The position numbers and the translations under genes were made by a program. A stretch of 64,000 nucleotides of DNA from Azolla caroliniana. Its lineage: Eukaryota > Plantae > Polypodiophyta. How positions within the stretch are numbered: the first letter of the stretch is position 1; each line of letters opens with the position of its first letter. The stretch spans positions 31,682,001-31,746,000 of the forward strand of contig JBHGNT010000001.1 in the NCBI GenBank assembly GCA_043228905.1, read 5' to 3'. The notes beneath the pieces were generated by a model, which saw only the letters and a list, made by a program, of their open reading frames with translations, was not told where the DNA came from and did no database searches. Below are positions 50,301 to 64,000 of this stretch, in pieces.

Positions 50301-53300
50301 GTCAAGGCCATCATTTATAAAAATATAATTGTATTCCCTTGATAAGCAACTAAACCTGAAAGAGAACTATAATAAGTGAGTGATGACATTAAGATAAATT
50401 ACCTGCAATTACTAACCAACGGATTTTTCAATAGAGAGCACAAGCCAGCAGAAACTGAGTAACATTCTCAGGCATAAACAATATTCTTCAATAAGTACAA
50501 CTTTTTAGATGCTTATAAACGTTGCTCTGAGATCAGTACACTAATTCACTGTTTATGTGTAAGAGTGACCTGGAAAAAGGCCTAAATTCATGTCAGCTAC
50601 AATTTGCAGGTACCTTGTGGTTGTGAAATACTTCGAACAACAAATGCCTTCGGCCATGTTTGATACACTTTTGTATTGTATTGAATCTAGATAGCTATTC
50701 TGCGCCTTTAACCTTAACTTTTAATAATTCTTCTTCATTTAATGCTTCAATACCATAGGATATATTATAAAATATTGGTGTTTTCAGAATATATGTCAGA
50801 TTTAAAAAGGAAACATATTTCAGCCTTCTTTGTTATACAATACATTTATGATGTATTATTAAAACAAAAGGAGTAAGCCTGCACACAGGCATGCTCTAGA
50901 GAATGCATGATAAAACATCTATAAGATAAACAGAAAAGACAAAAAGGTACACGTAATATAATAAAATATAAAGAAGTGATTGGCAATTATGGTTGCCTAT
51001 ACCACAATTATGAAATGTAGCCATCAGTTTAAACAAACTTTTGTTGTCTTGCACACGTTGAAATTAGATGTACAAAATGCACAAACAGATGTAGAAGTGT
51101 CCACTTTTTAAGCATCAACATGATAAAATATAATTAAGATAAACATTTTGATAAATGCATAACTAGCATGGGTTTCTCAGTAAAAAGGTGCATGTCTGCA
51201 CATGAGCATGCAAATTTACAATCTTTAAATAATGGATGATAAACATCCATAAGCTCAACAGAAAAGACAAAAGAATACAATACAATAGAAGCAATATAAA
51301 GTATAAAACATTCTGAAAAAAATGCTCACCTAGCATGGAAATTGCAGGGAACATAGCACCAACCAAGAACACGAATATCGATAGGCAATGCTCGATTCAA
51401 CACCGCAACATAATCTATTTCTTCATTATCTACACAATCAATTCACAGAATTGTGGCAGTGTCTGCTTAGTTGTATATTTTTGTTTCAACTAGTGTCATA
51501 ATTTGATCTCAAAACCTTTAAAGATACTGTCTTCTATCTATATGAGTAGATGGACAAAGTTCATGCTCAGGGACGTTTTTCTACTAACGTGGAAATATGA
51601 TGAATTGATGAAAGATGTGCAGGATGGAAAACTCTCCTTTCATGCCCGTTACATTGTTGAGAATATTATAGTGATATGCTTCTGATTTACAGAGATTGGA
51701 AAGTTATGCTGAATCTACTCAGGCTCAATCAGCAATTTACCAACCTCATGCAGCAGAGAGCAGAGAGCAGAGAGCAGAGAATTGAGATGGTGATATCCAC
51801 TCTTTGGCTAAGAAAATGATTGACTAATCTCATGAAAAAGAGAAACAAGGAAACTGAGAATAATAAGAGGAGGCTTCTCTCCCCCTGTGACCATGTTTTA
51901 GAAAGATCAAGCCATACTTTTTAATACCTGGGACAAGATTCAGGAACATATTTACATATTTTTCCTACATTATTTTGGGTTGTTCATGAAAATGTCTTCA
52001 TACTCTGCAGAACATAAAGCTTGGGTAATAGTACCAACCTTGCAATTTTGCAAATTCAGACTCTTGAGAACGGCTTGCTATTGCGGCAGTAACTCTATCC
52101 TCTTCAGGAATCAAGACTGGCGTGTCACTATCAGGATCCTTGTGATATGAACGTAGTAAAAGTGCAACAACCTGTATATGCAAAATGTTGCATAACAAAA
52201 AGCATTAACACTTTGGATTCCATTGTGAACTATGGTTCTAAACTTGCAATTGAAGAAACAATAGTTATCTATAGTGTTACTTTATAAGGATCCCCATGCT
52301 ATCAAATTGAACCTGGCCATTGGCTGAAACTCCTTTATCTGTTCGACCACACCGTGTATACTTTGCTTCGACACGGCCTCCTACAATTAATTTTGTCTTT
52401 TCTAAAGCTGCAAATAATTCCGCCTGAAAGAAAATATCATGATAATTTCAATATACAAATGATCATGACATTTTTAATGCTAACAAATATTAGAACATTT
52501 ACGGGTCAGCAAGGTTTACTTGGAACATAACACTAGAAATAAGCCTGGTTCTCCAGTTAAATTCAGGCAAATGTGATTTTCAAGAAAATACAGTTCCTCA
52601 ACTAAAGAACAAGGAAATACGCATATAAAGCGTGCTTGAGCAAGATAAGTGATTCAAAGACAAATGATTCTATCAACGAGAAAGAGCAGAAAACACACTA
52701 ACGTTTACAGCCATTGTTTAACCTATAAAGTTCCAAGAAATCCATCTGAAGGACTCAAAACACTTCATATTGTGCTTTGAGCAAACTCGTTAGAGACCCC
52801 ATTTAAACTATGAATATATGACATGCACCAATGTAAACTTTCATGTTTCATACTCTAAACAAATCTAGAACAATATTCAGATTATTCTTATAACAAGAAG
52901 CAGAGTAGTTATTACACTTGGATAGTTATCCAGCAAAACAAAAGATCTCTGTAAAGAATACCTCAACAGTTCTCTGGTTGTTTGCTTGTGACGCAAACCC
53001 GTGAAATCTGTATTTATGAATTACAAATGTTTTAACATTGTAAGAAAATGTTAAAACACAATACAGTGATAATTACTTGGATTTGTTCCTTTATAAAATA
53101 CCATAGTCATGTTTATACAAGTTGAAAGTTAGCTTCCAATAGCAGCATTTATCATCTTTCTGATTCTATAAAAAACCTTTTTAATCAAATAAAATAGTCA
53201 ATAATTAGAATTTCATGTACAGCTTGGAGACTTTCTTTACCCTACCATCCTGAATATTCAAATGAACAGTATTTTATCTTTGTTGACTTGTTGATGTTAC

Positions 53301-55065
53301 TGCTAAACACAATACAAAATCTATACTGAAAGCAGCAACTTCATATACAGGCACAAGATCCACCAAGTGTTTATGTACATGGCTGCTGTTGGGCACCAAA
53401 TTCATCCAACAAAGCAGCTTTACTAGAATGTATGCCCATGTATGCTAAAGCACATTAATACCTGTGGACATAGCTAGTTGTGTCCACTAATTTCGTCAGT
53501 GGGAGTATCACAAGTTGGTAGACCTTAAATGAAGATTGAAATGAAAATTTCTGCTTTGGATCTACCAATGCCTCTGCTACTGTACATGGTTTATTTGCTT
53601 CTTCACAGATCTCAAAACCATTAATGCTATGTCGATTATCTAACCAACAGACCTACTTTGCCCTCCATTCGCCTCAATATCCTTGACCTTTCAGTTGGTG
53701 CCTCATTTCTCTCTTGTTGAGTCATTGATCATATCAATGTGCCATGCAGACGGTGCTTCTTTCACTTTGTAAAGTGGCTTTCCCTATTCTAATGGCAAAA
53801 CAGGTTGAAATGTTATCAGGAGGACATCACAGGATGTTTTCTGCTTGTAATCCTCTTCAACTGTTGATTCCACTTTGATTTAGCCTAGACAGTGTGGAGT
53901 CATTCTGCAGCATTGAAGATGTCTTCAATGGAGGTTTAAGAGATGTACAAGAATCTTTCAATTTAGAGAGCACAGAACTCACTTTCAAAATTGATATTGT
54001 TACAAGGAATGAAGATTCTTTCTCATATACACACATATACATCTTCGAGACAAAAGCTATGTCATTCCTACTGACATTATCAGTGTCCATCAGAACAAGT
54101 AGGCCCTTGACAAATAGCAATCATTTCCATGAAAAGTAATTTTTCTATCTGAAACGAAACCGCACTTAAAGAAAATTCAAAAGAAGGAAGCAACATCTTT
54201 GTACCTGTCACCTTGATACATGATTTTCAAGGCCACGTGCTTCCTAGAGTAATGAGAAAGATCACCTGCACACAGTCAATACCATATGGTGGTTATAGCC
54301 AATGTTGTTGATGGTGTAAGATGAAATACAAGTAAACTGAACTGAAGTTCAACTACATGTTGCACCTTTTCCTTTTCCTTGTTTAATCACTGCTGGCATG
54401 GGGAAAATGTCCAATGCATTGTTCATCAATTGATCTAGCTCTATTTCCTGGGCTTCCTCTTCTTCTGACCTCTCACTTGATGTGCATGCTTTCAAAGGGA
54501 CCTCTAGATGAATCACCTCAACACCTTGCCTACTCTCTACGATAAACGATTGAAGATTATCAACTTCACGATTTTTTTCCACTATTTTCTAAATTCGCAT
54601 AGTTCATTTTTGCACTGCCCACTATACCAGAGTCATATGAAGAGTTTGTTGTTCTTTTGAGGCTTTGTTGATGGGCTTCAGCATTTGCGAACTTTCTATA
54701 CTTTCTACTCTGTAAATAAACAGTAATGTTAGCGATTGGATGTTAGAGAAGACATATACCAAACACAAGGTTAAAAAAGAGTCAACCTGCTTTAGGATTT
54801 TCCACAAACCAGAATTTTCTGCTTCAAGGTCCTAATGTTAACACGGATCATCACGTTTATTATACTGTTCAAAATATTTCCCCGGTTGAATGAATTTAAT
54901 TTGAACCAAGACCCAATTTATTAAAATGGGTTTTGTATTTTTTAAGACATTTTTGTACATGGATATACATGCCTCTATTTTGTTAGAGAGAGAAGCCACA
55001 AGTTCTTCTAGATCAGCAATCCGTTGTCCCGCACATATCAAACCCGGTCCATCATCAGACCCCAT
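47305..55065 (-). CDS. tRNA pseudouridine(38/39) synthase, TruA/Pus3 family, ~13 exons
   Basis: [12 protein letters not shown]|[23 protein letters not shown] (catalytic Asp), [24 protein letters not shown]|[60 protein letters not shown]. Start 55065 is inferred. Confidence 0.93.
48036..48795. mobile_element. Possible degenerate non-autonomous DNA transposon in a pseudouridine-synthase intron
   Basis: Extremely AT-rich ATTAATT/CACTAA minisatellite (48120-48420) abutting a TAGGGTTT-rich segment. The ends are loosely inverted (GGCCCATGCATG / CATTCGTGGGGC) and no TSD was found. Confidence 0.3.
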
Positions 55066-58000
55066 TGGATTCAATTACATGTATTTTCTCTCTGCAAATA
55101 TATAAGAAAATATTCAAAGCATAAATGTTTGGTAAAACTTGTCATCACAAGGTAAAGATCGACAATGTCCGAATGTGTTTCTTTCTGCCATATGATTGAT
55201 AATGTGTATAATAGAGCTCTGATGTAATATTATTGAGAAAACTTGAAGATGCTTTCGTTACTTCTATTCTCTAATCCATTTCTTTTTTTTTGGTTTGTTT
55301 GCTTTCTTGTAAAGCATGAAAACACGAGTGGTCACTAGAGATACCATATATCTTAACATCTTAAAGGTTTTGAGAAATTCTGCGTTTGATGTCAAAGCAT
55401 TCAGTTTGAACCAAACGCACAAAGCAAGACAGCTTTGAGCAGATTTATATCTTCAATTGCTTGGCTTCAATTGTTCATGAAACCTAAAAACATGTTAAAC
55501 TAGAAATAAAATATATATCTCACAATCTTTAAGGTTTGACCATTTTGTATAACAAAGCATTTAATCCAGATTCTCAGCAAAATTCATACAGAAAATCAGC
55601 TTAGAGCACATTGATTCTCATTTTCATTTATTACATCGATTTCCTGATAAAAATCATGATAGCGTGTTATGAATTGATGGATTTCAATATGTGTCACTTA
55701 ATTCCATGTGCAAAAGATTAATGTGATATAGAGGAGATAATATTTTGGCTAGGAACAGAATCCATCAATGTGCCCAAATGCCAAATGGCCAACATATACT
55801 GTCCTCAAATTGCACACAACTGTCTACAGACTCAAGCAGACACCACCAATTTAGTCTCTTCAGTTCAAGAAATAATAATTGGCACAGGAACAAGCTCCAT
55901 CAATTCTTGATGCCATTAAACATCAGTTACTACCAAACAGCAGGCAGGAGGGTTTGCAGAGAGTACGCAAGTGTATCCACCTTGTGCCATGGACATTAAA
56001 TGCCAATAAGAACAAGGGTTGCGGTCTGACAGGTAATATGCCAATCTATATACCTTGAGTAGGAACAAGTTCCACCGATGGCCAATGCAATAAATGAGTT
56101 TCTTTTGAAATTCTCGCAATCTGACTTGCAGAGAACATGCCAGCATACTCATCATGTGCCATGGAAACATGGTAAAAAAGAAGGTTTATAGATAATTCAA
56201 AACAATTTGTTGTTTACCCATAGCAATGTTTTAGTACGGCTTGCAACATCAGCCTTAAGGTATCTATATTATGTCATTCCCACAACCATAGACATTGTCC
56301 TAAATATCTTAAAGAAGTATATCTTGATGTCTTCTCCATGATCCTATATGCTTCCAACACTGTCTTAGCAACGTTCTGGTATCATCATCATTCATGCTCA
56401 AGATGAACCCTAACAAATTACGATGTTGTCAACAACATGAGACAAGAAATTAACGTTATGCTAAAAAGCATTAACCTCCTGAGCCGTCAAAATGACCCCA
56501 AGATTATGTATGGAACAAGCCAAATCATTCATTGGGGGGAATCTGGTATAATCAGTTCGAAAAGCTATTTTCCATTTTTCAACGTGCCGATTGTGAGCAT
56601 AAATTTGAGAAATTTGAGGGTGCTTACCAGAGGCAAAGAAGGAAGCGGGCCTGAACATATATCTGCACTAAGTATACAGTAAAAAGACGGTCAGAACTCA
56701 GGAGGGCATGTATACATACATATATATATATATATATGGACTGCCTATATGTTGTACAAAAAAATTGCTCCGTGATCGAGAGCATGCCTTGCATAAACAT
56801 GTACATGCACATAAAAGAGGGGGATCTTTTGAGAACTACATATTGCAGTTTTGCTTACTTCCCACTTGCCCACTCGATGTCCACACCTCTCAAAGAATCG
56901 CCATATATATATATATATATATTGTGGTCTTATGTGCATTTCACAATATATATATTGTATGTACATATGTATATATGTATATATGCAAATGTATACAGAT
57001 AAAGGAAGCAAATAAAAAATACACTATGCTAAGATCAAAATGCAGAGTGTGGGTGTGTGTGCACATATTAGAGCTTTGGTGATTGGCCATGGTGAAGACA
57101 TGTCATGGAGAACTTGATCTCCTCGCAATTGGACAAAAAAAAGAGAAAGTGCCCTTCTCCCTTTAGACTCACTAGTTTCATCCGGCCATATGTAGTGCTC
57201 ATCACTCACCCAAAACATTCCCGTGATCATGTGGGCATGTTTGTCCACTCGTGAACACGTGCCTCAAATGATGTGATTGATCTTCAATCCTTGTACCATC
57301 TAAGTATCTCTTCCTACCATGAACCCCAAACATGAGGTTTAGCATCATGTGAGTACCCTCAAATTTATTAGGCTTTGGTCAACACCCAACCAGTTTTTAT
57401 AATCTCGCCCTCATCCCTCACATATGCATGTGTAGAATATGATGTATCTTGCCTTGGTAGCAATAGAGTAAAGTGTGTTGGGATACTTACCAATAGTAGA
57501 TTGGCAAGAGTCTCGTTGTGGTTCGACATTAATTGATATAAGCCAAACTACATCCGGATAACATAGCGATTTGACATGGATCATGATATACGATTTTCAT
57601 GAAATAAAGGGCATTTGATTTATACATGCTACATTGGATTTCTCTTTTGGTTCAATTAGCTCCTTATGGATTAGAACTAGCTCACATATGGGACATACCA
57701 ACGGTAACTACCAACTGAAGTACCATATGATTATGGTTGGTTCTTGGGCAAAACAAATGGGTGTGTATTGGAATAATTGAGGGCTGATTGTTTAACAATG
57801 TTGAACCCATATCATCACACATCGATTCTTTTTAAGAGTTTAACTCTTCGGGTATAGAGTGAAAAGTTTAAAACCCTTTAAAATAATGTGTAAGGAGTCA
57901 ATCTTATGTCTCACCCAAGTAAAAAGTAGAAACTAACAACTTGTTTGCATGTTGAAAGTATGTTGATGGCTTAACACCAATTGATCCTAAATGGGGCAAA

Positions 58001-58708
58001 AGAACAAATAACATAGCACTCTTGTTAATTTTACTATTTTTCACAAACCTCTTATGTAAGTTCCTCCTTTGTGCATATGACAATATAAGGATAATAATAA
58101 TATCACTACGAATCAACTTGTACCATGGCATTGCAATAATTAACATGTGAATCATTTGTTTGATACAACGCATTGTCAATATGTAGTATGATGTTGGGAA
58201 TATTTGAAACTTAACTTTACGGGTTGGCAATCTAGTCATACAACCACCATTAGAGAAAAGTTTTCTAGCCAACATTGCTTGACCACCTTGTGGTAAATCT
58301 AATGACCCTTTCGACTATTTGATTAACTTTGTGCACATCGAGATTTAAGGATATAGAAATAGATCAATTACATTAGGTTCCCTTTCGCTTCCATCTAACA
58401 AGGGCCCGACAAAAAAGACCAAGCTACTCACATTCTTATGTGTATCCACTAAAATGATGGAAACTCATAAATGGAATTTCCAAAAATCCTAGCTACATAA
58501 AAACAGCCCCTTCATGTTGAATACTAACACCGTAATCAAGAGCTTTAAACCAATAACTTTATAGAGCTCTAGTTTCAAATTCAGAAGACACTCATATGCA
58601 ATGGAATCCACCTTTACATTTCGAGTAAGATATGCTCCCTATTAACATTCCCATTTCACTGTAATTCCAATCCATCCTAACCAAAACCAATATTTATCTA
58701 ACTTTGAC

Positions 58709-60780
58709 CTAGAGGAAGCACGGTCGTGCACCAAGACTCATTTCCTTGATATCCTCAACAAGCTTGTTCAAACTAGACCTCGAATACCCAATCTCCATTG
58801 CATGTCTAGCTTCTTCTTTCATCTCCAATATCCTTTTCCTCACCTTTTCTCCCTCTGGTTTATGCATCAATGTATTGATAGCTTTTGTCACCAAGCCCTT
58901 CTTAACCTCAACCTTGCTCTTTCCTACATCCATGGGAATGGCCACATTCCAATCTATGAGACACTTCAAGTTTGTGTTTTGCTCAGCCCCACGAGGGCAC
59001 CCAATGAATGGTTTCCCATTCCAAAGGGACTCCAGTATGGAGTTCCACCCACAATGAGTGAGGAATCCTCCAATTGCATCATGCTCTAGAACATCGAGTT
59101 GGGGTGCCCACGAGGTTACTCTACCCCTCTCTTTAGTCCTAAGAAGGAAACCCGTCGGCAATACACTCGAAGTATCATTACCCATTGCTAAATCCGGACG
59201 AATCACAAGCAAGAATGGTTGCTGGCTATCCTCAAGACCAAGGGCCAACTCATGGATCTCCTCAACTGAAAGCTTGGCATAGCTCCCAAAGGATACATAG
59301 ATAACTGATGAGTTAGTTTGCTTGTCGAGCCATTCAAGGCACCCATCATCCTCCGAATGTGGGCTTGCCCTCTTGTATCCTTTCAAAAGTAATGGACCGA
59401 TGGGGTCAATAGGTATCCCCTCCTGCCGCAAAGCATTCACAATATCCTTTTCCCATTCGTATACGGAATGCACAATGACTCGTTGGGCCTCCTTTCCTCG
59501 CGCACATGATTCCTGAATGAATTTGAAAGTAAACGGTGATATGGGATAGGCTAAGTCGTAAAAGAAATCACAAATTTTCCACAAGCCGAGTCCGGGTAAA
59601 GGGTCGAAATATGTGTCACCACAAGCACCTGCGGAAAAAACCAAGGAAGCCTCTCATTAGGTAACTTCTCTTATAACAAATTCATGTACATTGGAGGAAT
59701 TTTACTCTGGTGAACCATACCCCATGACCATTCTATTAATGTTAGCATTGACCATTAAAATTTAGTTATATTCAAGATTCCTTGGAATGATTAAACTATG
59801 TAGGCATATGGGCTCCTAAAAATATAAATGTGCTCCTCGAATAAGGTACAAGGATGTGGCATTGCATTGCCAAATCCTCTACGTAAGACCTATCTCTTGT
59901 GTTGGACATCTCCTTGCATTGATTACTCGGTCTACGGAAAGACAAACAATGTGGCCATTAATTGTTGCATTACATAGAATTGTCCCTCGGTATAGCGTCT
60001 TGGGTCGCTTTGTATAAGACCCATCCGAGATCTCCACTATTACATAACTCTAACCAATGTATCTGCCATTGCTAGCTACACATGTATGGCATCCCGGGCC
60101 TCTCTATGTGAGAGACTAACTATCTCTTGTTGTAGCCGCTTCACATGGCATGCATGGCCTATGCTTCCAAGAGAAACAAAATAAAAAACCAGACGTCCTC
60201 AACAAAGACACTCAAATGAATATGTTGGTTGACATGAAGAACTGAATGAACTACCTGGCTTCACAGGAAGTTGACCATTGGCAAGTAATCGAGGAGCATA
60301 GAAGCCCATGGCATAGCTAGTGACAGAAGAGGCCCAAAACTCAATCCTTGGTATGTTGAATTTGTTAGCCACATCTTGAGTCCAAGTCAAGAAACTATTA
60401 GAGATGATACAACAAGGAGGAAGAACATGAGAAGCACCATCTTTACTCTCACAAACGTTAAAAAGCTTATGTAAGAGCTCTTCTAGCTTCAGCATTAGGA
60501 GAGGGAAGGAGTCCACAAACATCTGAAAAGATGGGATGATAGGTGCACCCTTGTCCATTGGATCTGGTAGATCTTGGATTACCTCAACTTTGATGCCTTC
60601 GCCGAGGATTGCGCTCGTAAGGTTATTGGTACTATTGTCGAAGAGGGACATGATTCGTGCGGTGTAGATTAAGGTTATGTCTAGATCTCCTGAAGAGGCC
60701 AGATGGGTAGCCAAGAGACCCATAGGGTTGATATGGCCAAGTGCGGGGAAAGGAAACATGAGAACATGTGGTTTGCTCAT
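58709..60780 (-). CDS. Family-1 UDP-glycosyltransferase, copy A (2 exons: 60255-60780, 58709-59628)
   Basis: N-terminal PHVLMFPFPALGHINP, IYVSFGS and PSPG box WAPQLDVLEHDAIGGFLTHCGWNSILESLWNGKPFIGCPRGAEQ. The GT-AG intron 59629-60254 joins the exons in frame. Confidence 0.95.
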
Positions 60781-60794
60781 GATTTTGGTCTCCC

Positions 60795-60832
60795 TCTTCT
60801 TCTTCTTCTTCTTCTTCTTCTTCTTCTTCTTC
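60795..60832. repeat. (CTT)n microsatellite just upstream of the UGT start codon
   Basis: Read directly. Confidence 0.9.
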
Positions 60833-63012
60833 TTGCTTGCTTGTTGCTTATATGCAGTGGTGGTAGTGCTAGATATAATGGCATACGTTTTATTGTAATG
60901 CTAAATAAAGATGTGATTAATTGCTCTGAAGAGAGAGTAATGTGAAATACATAAATGCCATTGCAAAGAAAGTTTTAAGCCATTGCTTAAGAGCCTACTC
61001 TGAGATCGTTGTAGGTGGAATCATCTAAATGCTTAAAAAGTTGTGCCCCATGGGCCATAAGATATGTACCCGCTTGTCTCACAACCACTTCTTCATGAAC
61101 CACAAAACACTTATCTCCATGTCTTCAAAACCATACTAATGAATCGATGAATAGGATATGTCACGTTGCCTTTATGTTTTCAAAGTCGAGTCCCCACACA
61201 CATTATATAGTATGCTTATATGACTTTTGGCAACTTTTTCACTTTTGCCAAATTGGAATGTTGGAAGCTTCTAAAGGACTGATCAAAGCTTCTGCATTGG
61301 GAAAGTAAATCGAGAAAGCTTCTACATTTGGGTGTACATACTATATATATACAAAAACATGAGGTAAAACTTTGAAATATAATGGTTCATTTTTACTTGA
61401 ACCAACTTTGATTAATTGATACCTTCTCAAAAGTGGTACGTACATTTAACATAAACCCTTCTGATATTCGAGCCATTTCGAACGGCTCAGTTCATGTGAG
61501 TAATAGGGATCTAATTTGAGGGAGAGAGAGAAAGAAAGCAAGCAAATAAAAAATACAGTGTGCTAAGATCAAAATGCGGACTCTGTGTGTGTGTGCGTGC
61601 GCGCATATTAGAGCGTTGGTGATTGGCCATGGTGAAGACATGTCATGGAGAACTTGATCTCTTCTCGAGTACACATTAAAAAGAGAGAGTACTCTTCTCC
61701 TTTAGACTCACTAGTTTTCCTCCGGCCACTGCTTGGCCAAAACATTCATGTGGTCGCGTGGACATGCATGTTCCTCCTTGTGTCCATGAGTCGACACGTG
61801 CCTCCAATGAAGCGATTGATCTTCAATCATCAACCATGTGAGTACCCTCAAATTTATTAGGTTTTGGTCAACACCCAACCAATTTCTATAATCTCGCCCT
61901 CATCCCTCACTTATGTATGTTGTCTTAGTAGCAATAGAGTAAAGAGTATTGGGATACTTACCGATAGTAGATTGGCAAGAGTCTAGTTCATGGCTTGACG
62001 TTAATTGATATAAGCGAAACTACATCCGGATAACATAACGCTTTGATATGGATTATGATATACAATTTCATTATAGAGTGCATTTAATTTATACACGCTA
62101 CATTGGATATCTCTTTTGGTTCTATTAGCTCCTTCTCCACGATATGGAATAGACGTGCCTCACATGCGGAACATATACCAACGGTAGCTCCCAACAAAAG
62201 TACCATATGATTATGATTGGTTGTTGAGAAAAACAAATGGAACATCAACAAATGGGTGTAGTGGAATAATCAAGGCTAATTGTTTAATAATGTTGAACCC
62301 ATATCATAGCACACCTATTCTTTTAGCAATTTAGCTTTTCGGGTATATAGTGAACAACTCAAAACCGTTCATAGCAATATGTAAGGATCCAATCCATGTC
62401 TCACATAAGTAAAAAGTAGAAACTAACAACTTGGTTGGATGCTTAAGTGTTCGAGGCTTAATAATGTAGAAATAGATTGATTACATTACGTTGCCTTTCT
62501 TTTTCGTCTAACAAGGGCCTGGCAAAAAAGACAAAGCTACTCACGTTCTTATGTGTATCCACTAAAATGATTGAAACTCCAAGCTCCAAAAAAACACCCC
62601 CTTCATTTTGAATACTGGTAAATCTAATGACCCTTTTGACTATTTCATGAACTTTCTAAGCATCGAGGCTTAAGGATGTAGAAATAGATTGATTACATTA
62701 CGTTGAGTTTCTCTTCCATTTAACGAGGGCCCAACAAAAAAAGACAAAGCTACTCATGTTCTTATGTGTATCCACTAAAATGATTGAAACTCCAAGCTCC
62801 AAAAAAACACCCCTTTCATTTTGAATACTAACAACAAAATCGAGAGCTTTAAACCAATAACTTTATAGAGCTCTAGTTTCATATTCGGATGACACCCATG
62901 TGCAATGGAATCCATCTTTACATTTTGAGTAAGATATGATCCCACCAACATTCCCATTTCATTGTAATTTCCAATTCATCCTAACCAAAACCAATATTGA
63001 TCTAACTTTGAC

Positions 63013-63932
63013 CTAGAGGAAGCACGGCTGTGCACCAAGACTCATTTCCTTGATATCTTCGACAAGCTTGTTCAAACTAGACCTCGAATACCCAATCTCC
63101 ATTGCGCGTCTAGCTTCTTCTTTCATCTTCAATATCCTTTTCCTCACTTTTTCTCCCTCCGATGTATGCATCAATGTATTGATGGCTTTTGTAACCAAGC
63201 CCTTCTTAAGCTCAACTGCACTCTTTCCTACATCCATGGGAATGGCCACATTCCAATCTATGAGACACTTCAAGTTTGTGTTTTGCTCAGCCGCACGAGG
63301 GCACCCGATGAATGGTTTCCCATTCCAAAGGGACTCCAATATGGAGTTCCACCCACAATGAGTGAGGAATCCTCCAATTGCATCATGCGCAAGAACATCG
63401 AGTTGGGGTGCCCACGCAGTTACTCTACCCCTCGCTTTAGTCCTAAGAAGGAAACCCAATGGTAACACACTCGAAATGTCCTTACCAGATGCTAAATCGG
63501 GACGAATCACAAGCAAGAATGGTTGCAGGCTATCCTCAAGGCCTAGGACCAGCTCATGGATCTCTTCAAGTGAAAGCTTGACATTGCTCCCAAAGGATAC
63601 ATAGATAACTGATGAGTTAGTTTGCTTGTCGAGCCATTCAAGGCACCCATCATCCTCCGAATGTGGGCTTGCCCTCTTGTATCCTTCCAAAAGTAACGGA
63701 CCGATGGGATCAATAGGTATCCCCTCCAGCCGCAAAACATTTACAATATCCTTTTCCCATTCGTATACGGAATGCACAATGACTCGTTGGGCCTCCTTTC
63801 CCCGTGCACATGATTCGTGAATGAATCTGAAAAAGAATGGTGATCTGGGATAGGTTAAGTCGTAAAAGAAATCGCAAATTTTCCACGAGCCGAGTCCAGG
63901 TAAGGGGTCAAAATATGTGTCACCACAAGCAC
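63013..63932 (-). CDS. UDP-glycosyltransferase copy B, exon 2 only (exon 1 outside window)
   Basis: Open frame highly similar to copy A exon 2, with PSPG box WAPQLDVLAHDAIGGFLTHCGWNSILESLWNGKPFIGCPRAAEQ and the same acceptor context (CAG|GTGCTTGTGG). Confidence 0.92.
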
Positions 63933-64000
63933 CTGAGAAAAAAGCAAGGAAGCATCTCATCAGGTAGCGTCTCTTCTAACAAATTCGCGCGCATTGGAGG

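Larger units (their letters stand above)
57003..64000. repeat. Tandem segmental duplication (~4.3-4.5 kb unit) carrying the UGT gene
   Basis: 57003-59700 is collinear with 61540-64000, including non-coding DNA (e.g. TTGGTGATTGGCCATGGTGAAGACATGTCATGGAGAACTTGATCT at ~57076 and ~61616). Confidence 0.92.

Noticed and set aside
53250-54140. ORFs of 81-87 aa inside a pseudouridine-synthase intron
   Set aside because: No recognisable domain, and the flanking exons join in frame without them.
20792-55065. Functional cluster of RNA-processing genes (SC35, DYW, PRP38, pseudouridine synthase)
   Set aside because: They act in different compartments and pathways and are interleaved with unrelated genes. 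Without synteny or co-expression data, chance is sufficient.

Overview
Eukaryotic land-plant nuclear DNA: AT-rich, intron-rich and gene-dense. A non-seed plant such as a fern is my inference only. In order: the 5' part of a large multi-exon VPS13 gene (minus strand, runs off the left edge) with a ~5 kb intron full of nested retroelement debris; a divergently transcribed SC35-type SR splicing factor (+); metaxin (-); a young full-length Ty1/Copia element with LTRs, PBS, PPT and GTAAC target-site duplication but two in-frame stops; an intronless, apparently plastid-targeted DYW cytidine-deaminase gene with no recognisable PPR tract (-); PRP38 (-); a TruA/Pus3-type tRNA pseudouridine synthase (-); and two tandem UDP-glycosyltransferases (-, the second truncated by the window). 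The most interesting signals are the PPR-less DYW deaminase with an unusual repeat and Pro-rich middle region, three ~280-bp-spaced related units downstream of SC35, and an Asp-to-Asn change at the UGT catalytic-dyad position. Exon coordinates were read by eye; those marked ~ may be off by a few bases.
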